Source of the DNA: Botryllus schlosseri
Lineage: Eukaryota
DNA length: 64,000 nucleotides
NCBI GenBank assembly: GCA_051294905.1
Contig: CM119372.1
Location: forward strand, 27,964,001-28,028,000
Direction of reading: 5' to 3'
Below are positions 13,801 to 23,700 of the stretch, piece after piece (the first letter of the stretch is position 1; each line of letters starts with the position of its first letter). A program made the translations under genes and the position numbers. Under the pieces are notes generated by a model. It was not told the origin of the DNA. It worked only from the letters and a program-made list of their open reading frames with translations, and made no database searches.

Positions 13801-16800
13801 CACATTGAAATCGAACAGAAAATTCTAGTTGACACGACATGTGACTTGATATGGACTACATCGCTTATTGCTAGAGCGAATTTTTTAACAGGAAGCAAAG
13901 TAAAAATTGTGGCGTTAGGTCAAAAAATTGTCAAAATTGTTTACGAAGTCAGAATGTTTTTGCAACCTGCATTTCGTTTGTATCGTAGATGTTTCCACTG
14001 TCAGCTTGTAGCCTACTTTATAGGCCTACCATTATAAAGGGCCCATTTTCTGCTCATTTTCAATCATAAGCGGTCAAATGAAACAAATAGGTTGACATGG
14101 TGTTATGTTCCGCATATACTAACTGAAGCAAGACTGCGTGTGGGCATTGGTTCTTATATCAAGAAGCGCATGATGAAAAATTGCAATGTAGACATCATTG
14201 TCAGAATGAAGCAACACGGTGTGTCACCAGCAGTGTACGCACAACTTCAGTGTTGCCAGTCAACAACTGCTGCTGTTGAATGTTCTTTCTCAATTCTTGG
14301 CACGTTACTGATTAACGACAGACACTTTCTAACCAAGTATGTCGGAAAGTACCTTTCGTGACAACCTACTACAACAAATTTTGATGATTTCTATCATAAT
14401 GCGTGATGTAACTACTGGAATTCTTCATAGGTCCAGATTTCGTAAAAATAAAGTTTTTTTATGTAAAAATTTGTCAGTTTTCAAGTCAAAAAAGTTTTTT
14501 TCGAGTCAAACTACTTCGTAAGGACAGACAGTTCCTAACAGAATTGAAGATAAGGAGTACATTTCTATCATTATGCGCAAAAACACCTAATTTACATACA
14601 TGACGAGGGAAAAATTTATTGAAATAAAGTTTTATAAGGTCAAAAAATGTCAAAATTTTATTTTTTAGGTCAAAATTTCCCGTTTTTAGGTTAAAAAAAT
14701 CGGCACTTCTTCGATGGCAGTCAGAGATCGAAAAGTGTTCACCATGATCACCAATGAATGTTTTCCATGAACTCGAATTGTTTTTTTTTGTGCCTTTGGA
14801 GAGACGGATATTAGGGTGGGGGAAAGGGAGATTGAAAGTGGGTTAGGGTCAAAGTTGGGGTTAGGGTATCCCAAGATTAGGGTTGGGGAAAGGGGTATAT
14901 AAGGGCTGTGGGAGAGGGGATATAAGGGTTGGGGAAAGGGAGATTGGAGGTGGGTTAAACCCCAGTTAGAGATAATCTAACCCCAACTTAGAACCTAACC
15001 CACCACAACCCTAATATCCTCCTCCCTAACCCTAATCTTGGGATATCCTACCCCATCTCCCTCTCCCCCAACCCTAATATCCCCCTCCCTAACCTTATTA
15101 TCCCCCAACCCTAATCTTGGGATACGCTACCCCACCTCCAATCTCCCTCTCCCCCAACCCTAATATCCTCCTCCCCAACCCTAATCTTGGGATACCCAAA
15201 ACTAGGGTTGCCATACGTCCGGAATTTCCCGGACATGTCCGGCATTTCACTGTTCAAACTAGCGTCCGGGAGGAATTTCTAAAATATGCCAAATATCCGG
15301 AATTTTGAAGACTTGACGTAGGCTCATAACTTTTTCGTAAATCAGCATAAAAACAATATTTTATGTGGAATATTTATGCTGATGCATGATATTTTTCTTC
15401 GCGCTGCGCGCGATTTACCATCACATTTATTGATTGTAATATGGAGACTACCACCCTCGCAAAAAACTGCAATCAAATATAAATAAAAACAACCTTCATT
15501 TACAATTGAATAGTATATTCATATTGAAATGAACCCAAATATTTTCGGCTGACACTCGTCAGGGGAAATCGTCAGCAACTAGTAGAGATTGGAAAGAACA
15601 TTGTATACCAACAATCGTATCACAAAATATGACGTCACCAGCATGAAAGAAAGAGTGTTCAATGCACTATTTTTAGGTGGTACACGAACTCCTTTTGTTG
15701 ACAGAGTTTTGGTCGGTGTATTTTGATAAAAGTCGACTCCAAGGCTCACAAATGGAAGTCTGAACGGCCCCGCCCAACGATTCGAAATCGGTCGTCTCGA
15801 TAATTATTCGCAAAAATCCGATTATCTAACAGATGTTTGCCGATGGCAGAATTAATGGCCTTTGATTGGTCAGCATCAATCATAAGCGGATGAGTTAAGG
15901 GTGAGCTTCTCACTGAGCGTGATGCACGTGTTCTGATAATTCTGGGGACATGTTGGTCTTTCCCATTCTCTACTAGTTGCTGACGATTACCCCTGACGAG
16001 TGTCAGCCGAAAATATTCGGGTTCATTTCAATATGAATATACTATTCAATTGTATAGTGAAGTTCTGTACCTCCAAGAAGAAGCTCTTCAGACCTTCATT
16101 TACCGGAATAAGCCCAATTGTAATCGCAATTATAGGAGAATGGTATATTCCCAGAGATCGTTAAGGCCGCTTAAATGCTTTATTCAAAGATAGTGGTTCT
16201 AAACGGGGGGGTCGTTTGCTTTTATTCTGGGGTTTACGAATATGTTGAAAGCAATCAGCTTCCAAAATAGCAGGTGAGTAAGTCTGGGCAAAGGTGCTGA
16301 CTTCTTTTAGTAATCGGCTCGTCAAATTTTGATCTGGGTCACGGAACATTTTCAAATTGGATATTGAGTAGCAACCATAAAAGGTTGGAAACCACTGGAT
16401 GTTTTTTTTCATAAAGCTCCGTGGTGCGCACCGGCAAGTGACATGGATTACCCCATAGTGTGGGCTCAAAATCATTGTTTTTTGGGCGGGAGGGGGCTAA
16501 AAACATGTGCTTTCGGTCCCAGTTACATAACACACAGTCACATGCTCCTGAACCGGATCGTGACCACCTCTGGTCGATGAGCAAAGCTTTGCTAGTGTGA
16601 CGCCATAACTCATTTTGAAATCCACCAGTGGGCACTAAAGAGTGTCCGGAATTTGGGTTGCTGAAATATGGTAACCCTACCCAAAACCCAACTTTGACCC
16701 TAACCCTCTCCAAACGCAAAAACAATATATTTTGACGTTTATAAATTTTTATTCATATTCATGGAAAACATTCATTGGTGATCATGGTGAACACTTTTCG

Positions 16801-19800
16801 ATCTCTGACTGCCATCGAAGAAGTGCCGAAAAATCGCCCTTATTGCATACAGCCTCTAGGTTGCCTAGCATCGGTTGACTGAAAATGAAACAGTCTCATG
16901 GCCTGCCATGAATTCTATAAATTGATTTTGGCTTATGTCAGCAGGTAGCAGTCAACACAAATGCTCTAAACTCTAATAGTGTCCGTTGATTTTAGTTCAT
17001 GTTGTAAGTATTGCTGGACTGGATTATGCAGAGGAATAGCAGCCAGTCCTCAAGTCCTCCAAACGCCGGGTAATTGGTCTCTTCAATTCTTCAGACGGAT
17101 TTCACGAAGTGTAGCAAGGGTCGTAATGTAGTGCCGATTCAAGTCATGCCGCAAAACCTCTCACGCGAAATAAATCACAGACATTCCACATTACCCATAC
17201 ATGGACGATTGGATACATGCCTGTTTCAGTTACGGTACTGCTTCAAGTATGGAATAAGGTATATATGGATGGTGAACGTTCATAATATTCTAATAGCAAT
17301 AGGGGTGGTGCAAGATTTAGAAAGCCGTGGTAGTGGTAGAAGGCTATACCTGCACCCCTGTTTGGAATCGGTGTCCTGTGCTCACACTATGTTTTATTTT
17401 TAAATTATTTTTTAATAAATTACTTCAACTGGGAAAATCATCGAGGCTCACCTGATATATCAGGCAAAAAGGCCAGCGATTCCAATTGCACCTTTTTTGT
17501 CCAGCGGCATATGCACATCATGTTCTCATGGTATGCATATGCGCAGATTGTGTGTATTTGTATCATGAGTCGCCCTGAGTCGGTGTATATGCCGCAAAAA
17601 CATCAAGGACAAAAATATACTACGTCCTCTCTATGGCACCCAACCTTACCTCGACCCTAGGTGGGCGAAAAAATCTTTTAGCTTGACCATTACGCGTCCC
17701 GAACTCATAGCTGCGTCGTCGTCCGGGTACTATATGCGTCAATATACAAGTCGGCGTAGCATCAGGTACATCTGTGTTGTTGCAGCCAAAGAAGGAGTTG
17801 CAGCGATGCGTGGACACTGGGCAATTTCATTCGTACTTCGCACACGTGAACTTTATTTGCTACAGGATACCCAACAACGTCGCAAACACTGCCTATCAGC
17901 GCGACCTTGCGGAAATATCACAATCTATAAAAATATATGAGGATTGAGGATATATGACTGTATGTATTTGTATAAGAATGAGAACGAGAACGTGTCGGTA
18001 GGCTAGGTCAATATGTCCAATCGTAGCTCGTTAATCTTAACGGCTGATTAGCATTCGTTTGCATTCCCACGGCTTTGTTCTTTTTACAGTTATTTCAGAA
18101 AATTTCGAAAAGTTACGCGGCACACCTGAGAATCTGTAACGGCACATTATAGTGGCAAGTTTTCTGGCGATCCGCGAAATATATTTGAATTTATTATTGC
18201 AAAGTTGTGCACTTGATCATCAATTACAGAAATAAAACATCAACTGTTAAATGGACTTAGAAATTAGGAACGTGTTTTCAGCTTGTTGTCGTAGTCAATA
18301 TATAGAGTTTATGCTTTACTAGACTTGGCATACACGATGCCGCAACTGGTGTGCGCAATTGAGAGCAGTGGCGTGAAGCACATATGCTTCCACCCCTGAC
18401 TTTCGTTGAAAATGCCGCCCAAATTTGGAAATAGTAGCAATCTTATCATTATGACTACCGGAAATCTTGTTGAGCTGATCAAAAAAAGGTCATCACTTCG
18501 CCTCTACTCCCGCATTTCCGACCTTTTTCAGTACTTATGTAGTGTTGACTAAAAAAAAGTCATCTCACATTTTGCCGCCCCCTTGCAGCCTGTCACACAT
18601 GGGCAGAGCCATAAGCGCCAAGTGGCTGCTACGCCACTGCTTGAGAGTAGCCTACAACTCGTTTAATACCAGTTATAATGCGAAATTAAGTCAACGAGAC
18701 TTCTTGGGAACTAAATTCGTTAATTTTCGACAGTATAAATTAGCGAAGTTTTGCAGTGTAATAGAGACTGCAAAACAGTAAACTCGCATTTCTCTCAAAA
18801 GAAACAGAAGAATCAAAATCAAGTTGAGCGGTTTTTTCGACTTCGCTTAGCAGAAATTTCTATAAAGCAACGTATAAATGTCTAATACTCAGGCCGTGTT
18901 ATTTTTGGCATTTCAGGAGCGGGATGCCAAAACTGCCAAAAATAAAAATTTGAAAATGCCAAAAATAAGCAATTTTTGGCATATGCCAAAAATAAAACGG
19001 CCTGCCAAATAGTGTATTTCGTTCATGGTGTTGTGTTAACAGGACCGCGTTACAAACGAGAAGAGCGTTTGTGAAAGGCGGGTTTCTTAATCTGGGTCCA
19101 GCCCACCCATTAGGGGTGAAAGCATGGTGTCATAAATGGTGTGGGCACAGCGAGATTGAACGGCTGACTGCATTTGGTTTACGTCATACTTTCCATTTGT
19201 CCAAAGGCAATTTTACGACCATTTTTGACCGGCTTGTCGAGCGCTAAATTTGATAAAACGGGTATCAATGAGAAGCTACCGCAGTACTGATTATTAAAAT
19301 ATAAATTATATACTGCTCATGGAACTGGAACCCCCAAAATCAACCACGATTTTTGCATTGTGATTGAGTTGAACATTGTGACGCAACAAACTGTCTGGCT
19401 ATTTCTGAGCTGAATAGTCTCGTTTTGCCAGACAGTCTTGTTGCGTCAATGTTCTTAAACAAGCTAACCTTCCCAGGACTCTTCCATGCGAGTTTGTAAT
19501 ATTAAAGCCACGTGTAGTGAATATATCAGTAGACTGAAGGAGAAATGATAGTAGGGCTACTAAATAGAATGTGTTGAGAGACAACACAGGAAACTCCTGG
19601 AATAGGATCGGGAAGACAATTCTTTCCGCGACGAGATCGATGGCACTGGCGAAGTGATCTCTTTTCATGATCCATGGAAGCCGGTTCGGCCCTCCAAATA
19701 TTTTGAAGCTCTGAAAACCTTTTGTGGATGACTGGCAACATTTTTTCCCTCAACGGCTACTGTTGAAGCCGATATTTCCCAGATTCTCTGGGCGAGAAAT

Positions 19801-20552
19801 GAATTTAGGAGAAACTTAGCTGACCTGAGTTTGGAAGCACTGTTACAGTGCAAACGATTTAAGTCTATTCAACAGCTGTAACAATGAGCTGTTGAGCGTG
19901 TTTGTTAGGCTTTTCTTTCTTTTTTTTGCTTATTGGCACCGATTCCGATGAATACTGCAAATTTTGTGGTTTCGTTTGATATTATTAACCTATGAAATCG
20001 TTAGGTTTTTTTTCTTCCTATTGTTTGTTGGCACTGATTATAAGTGGATGCTGCACATTTTGTGGTGTCTTTTGACAAACTAGCCGAAATAAAGCGTTTT
20101 TGTGACTAATTCGAGGCTGAAACTATCTATTTAGAGGACGATGCCAAAACTGCCAAAAATAAAAATCGAAAAATGCCAAAAATAAGTTATTTTTGGCAGT
20201 TTTGGCATATGCCAAAAATAACACGGCCTGCTAATACTTAAATGGCAGCATCAAATGAAGTATCCTATATTGAGCTTAGAGTTGCATACATTTGCCGCAA
20301 TTACATTTTGAAGGTTCCTCGGTCTGTCACGTCAAAAAGGTAGAGAACCATTGTTCTAGCGTAAATGGCATTATATTTCATTGGCGATTGCGCAACGTTA
20401 CTCGATCGAATCTCCAGATCATTCATGCGGCTAAGACGCCAAAATACTCAACTCGACGTCCTAACATCCGATATAGAACCGAATCACTCATAGTCTACTA
20501 GATTTCGTCATTCACTAATGCCTACCTGGTTCCTCCTTTGGATTGCTACCAT
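7879..20552 (-). CDS. SLC35F2: Solute carrier family 35 member F1/F2-like transporter (DMT superfamily), about 390 aa, 8 coding exons
   Basis: Exons 20552-20526, 17729-17650, 13546-13342, 12163-12056, 10256-10100, 10037-9875, 9473-9266, 8103-7879; all GT-AG, phases consistent, 1173 nt. Motifs [70 protein letters not shown] match SLC35F1/F2. First exon (MVAIQRRNQ) is less certain; a fallback in-frame ATG is at 17708. F1 versus F2 cannot be resolved. Confidence 0.9.
10538..11506. mobile_element. hAT MITE (CAGTGG family) containing a nested MITE at 10669-10838
   Basis: Outer termini cagcggttctaaac / gttgagaaccactg with TSD ttctaagt/ttctatgc; the inner element has perfect TSD gtataggc. Confidence 0.8.
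12635..12772 (-). mobile_element. Degenerate relative of the 6133-6390 SINE
   Basis: The reverse complement shows a tRNA-like head (ggttcaatccctggctgagtcagacc) and a decayed central domain (cctagccaggcactca). Confidence 0.55.
12783..12819. mobile_element. 37-bp miniature hAT-type element
   Basis: Near-perfect palindrome cagggatatctagaactagtagttctagatattcctg with perfect TSD tggcgagg (12775-12782, 12820-12827). Confidence 0.85.
15203..16679. mobile_element. hAT MITE (TAGGGTTGCCA family)
   Basis: Termini tagggttgccata / tatggtaacccta, perfect TSD cccaaaac (15195-15202, 16680-16687). Confidence 0.88.
15503..16052. mobile_element. TA-flanked MITE with about 85-bp TIRs (Tc1/mariner-like)
   Basis: caattgaatagtatattcatattgaaatgaaccc...ctagtagaga is inverted at 15967-16052; TA on both sides. 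Confidence 0.8.
18366..18639. mobile_element. hAT MITE
   Basis: cagtggcgt...acgccactg, TSD attgagag/cttgagag. Confidence 0.75.
18890..20230 (+). mobile_element. Internally deleted hAT transposon with pseudogenised transposase C-terminus
   Basis: TIR caggccgtgttatttttggca, perfect TSD ctaatact, tgccaaaaataa subterminal repeats; decayed frame at about 19463-19881 includes LATFFPSTATVEADISQILWARNEFRRNLADLSLEALLQCK. Confidence 0.85.
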
Positions 20553-20635
20553 TTGTCACTGGCGAAAATCTAACCTTCCATATTCAAACCATGGTAAGCA
20601 CAATCTGCCACTCAACCGTAACAGAAACCACTCAC

Positions 20636-20660
20636 CGCCTAAGAAACTTAAACCATTTGA
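20636..20660 (-). promoter_or_regulatory. Candidate trans-splice acceptor (tttaagtttcttAG) followed by 3 nt (GCG) and a GTGAGT donor
   Basis: The minus strand reads ggtttaagtttcttag GCG gtgagt; a 77-nt intron (20635-20559) leads to the ATG-containing exon. Confidence 0.5.
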
Positions 20661-20756
20661 ATTCCGTAACAAAATGCATCAAATAGGACTTGGAACAAGT
20701 TCATACATCAAAAATAGAACCAAGATTTCATAAAATAACGGCCCGCTCGGGCAGAT

Positions 20757-23700
20757 TCACTTCTTCTTGGGCGGCGTAATTGTCGGCGGCGGCATCAGGC
20801 GATTAGAGTCGACCCGAGCATGCTTTGGATTAGCATGCGACCCGTTGCCTAAAGAAAACACCGGATTATACCTTGATTGGGCGATTGAAAAGATGCACGC
20901 AGGAGCCACATGCATAGCCAGGATGAAAATTATTGGGCAAAATGTTTTAAACGAGGGGCATACGCGGACTAGTTACAAAGGGTCCATGAAAAGCCAACGC
21001 TTGAATGTAGAATTATAAAACTACATTGCCCTTGTTTATGAGATCGATCATTATTATTGACTTATGTCGTTACTTTCATTGCTAATCACTCTGGGACGAT
21101 TTTTTACATTTTGTCAAAATTGTAGAGTTAGGTAAAAAAAGTCAGAATTATTTGCCAAAGTCAAATTTTTTTTGCAACCTGAATTTCGCTTGTGTCGTAG
21201 ATTTTGCACTGTCAGTGACGTTTTACAGCTTGTAGCCTTACTTTATAGGCCTACCGTTGCAGACAGCCCATTGTGAATCATAAACATTCGAATGAAACAA
21301 ATAGGTTGACATGGTGTTATGCTCAACGCACCGCAATATCCTAACTGAAGCAAGACTGCGAGGGCATTGCATGGTTCTTATATCAAGAAGCGCATGATGT
21401 AAAATTGTGATGTATACACCATTGCCAGAATGAAGCAACAGGGTTTGTTACCAGCAGTGTACGCACAACTTCAGTGTTGTCAGCCAACAACTGCTGCTGC
21501 TGTTGAACGTTCTTTCTCCATTCTTGGCAAGCTACTTAGTAAGGACAAGCACTTCCTACCCGAGAATGTAGGAAAGTATCTTTCGTTGCACTACAACAAA
21601 TTTCAATTATTTCTACCATAATACGTGATGTCACTACTGGAATTCTTCATAGGGCCAGATTTTGTTAAAATAAAGTTTTTTCACGTAAAAATTTGTTAGA
21701 AGGTCAGAAAATGTCAATATTTTAATTTTTTAGGTCAAAATCTTTCGTTTTTGAGGTACAAAATAATAGCCCTACTAATCACGGTCACAATCAGCTACAT
21801 TGACGATAAGAAAACCAATATCGAACATCCAACGCTCAAATTTGGAGGGGTGTTGGCGGCGTTTGCACCCCGCTTGACCACGTGTCTGTATGTCAGGTAA
21901 TTGCGGTTGAGCTCCGATCATATCCCAACTTACTTGGTCGCTTGGTAGCGTCCCCAGGATGGGGCTGATGACCCGGCGCTTTGGTCCGGTACCTTCTCTT
22001 GTCGATGACGTCGAACAAAAGCTCTTTCGTGACCGGATGTTTGATGCTCCCACAAACAGCTGCACAAGAAAGTTCAAGGAAAAATGAAGCCCCTCAACAA
22101 GGGTGCTGTCAGGGTTAAGTGGGAGAGGGACGAAATAGCAGCCGATCAATTTGCATTTGACATCAACATCTAAAATACTCCGGTTAAACCAGGAGTTCTC
22201 AACCTGGGGGGCGCGAGAGGCTCTCAGGGGGGGCGCGAGAAATTGACGAAGTCAGTATAGGGGGGCGCGAGAAATTGACAAAGTCAGTATAAATTGTACG
22301 TGTCTGAACATGTGTTTCACATCCATTAGGAGAAGACGATTAATGAAGATGAAATTTATTCCATATTCAAGAAAGCTTGCAAAATACAAACTCTAGAAAC
22401 CGCGCTCAACGGAGTATAGTCTGATTTCAACTTCATTTGAGCAAATTTTTGAATCTCTTTGGAGATATAGAGAGCAATTCCCACGTGTAAGTCATTCATT
22501 GCTTCATAGCTTTGACAGTAGCCTAAAGCTTGTCGCGCTGGGCAGCTCTTGTTAGTAGCTTGCGAACTGCACTGCCTAAGACAGACTTAGATGCAACATA
22601 GGTTGCCCGGTTTCGCCCTCAATTAGACTATAAATCAACACAATTTAATTCATTTCCAAAACTGATCAAATTTAGCCTGGCAGGACAGAACGACGCCTTG
22701 CTCTCTGTACTCACTACCAGCATCAGGATTAGTCTCAGGGTGACCTACCTTGAAATTAATTAATGGATGTCTTGTTCAATGTTTTTTTTTTGTTATTTTC
22801 AAACAAGTTTGGAGAAATTTGTCAGCAATGTAAAAGACTCAACAACTGGAATGCAGATTCAAAATTGGCGTAAGATATACCTTATGTATACTATTATATC
22901 AGGGGTGGGCAGCCTGCGGCCGTAGAAGGGAATTTGAGCGGCTGTCGACGCCTAATTCAATTAGTATGTGTTGGCGGCCGTAGACATGCAAATTGCAATT
23001 ACGAATTCACTACCGCATTTTCGAGAGATTTTAATTAATCTTGAAATTTTCTTCGCCCTCCGCGCAATTCAACAAGACTTCATTTTTCGATTCTAATGCA
23101 GTAGCGCCCTTCTTAATCTGAGCCGAAATGGGAATTGGCAAGAAATAACAATTCGTTCGCAACCCTGAAAAATTTTCGCGCTCCGCGCGACATTATGCAC
23201 CTCCCGGCAACTATTCATAACATTGCCACTCGCGATTTCGGTGCGTACAATAGGCCATTGTGAAAAGTAGAATAGTCCGGAGTTCACCGGGAATGGATAT
23301 GGACTGGACAGTTTACCATAGGAATTTTCTGTCCAGATCGTTCATTGCGGCATTGCCCTGGAATGCGGCCTTACGCTACATAAGCAATCGAAATGCGGCC
23401 ATGATTATCAAAAACGTTGCCCACCTCTGTATTATATGATGTGCTCTTTTTGACATGACGATAAATGCAAGGGGGGTCAGGGGGGCGCGATATTTTTGAC
23501 CATCTCCAAGGGGGGCGCGTGTCAAAAAAGGTTGAGAACCACTGGGTTAAACCATATTAGTGACAATAAGTGCACTATCAAAAGTTCAGTTCAGTTTGTC
23601 ACTTAAATTTATTAATCCCAACATTAGAAGATAGCGATGAAATGGAAATACACGACGGAGACAAATAGCCTTGAAGCAGACTTGAACAACTAGATCAGTG

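Larger units (their letters stand above)
14701..16828. mobile_element. Foldback-like element with 70-bp TIRs and inverted TTAGGG/CCCTAA-containing arrays
   Basis: TIR cggcacttcttcgatggcagtcagagatcgaaaagtgttcaccatgatcaccaatgaatgttttccatgaa at 14701 is inverted at about 16758-16828; both flanks read aaaaat. Confidence 0.85.
13872..16840 (+). mobile_element. Deleted hAT-type transposon with transposase C-terminal remnant; host of three nested elements
   Basis: Homologous to 21090-21774; remnant CCQSTTAAVECSFSILGTLL at about 14200-14361; flanks share ttattgc. Confidence 0.75.
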
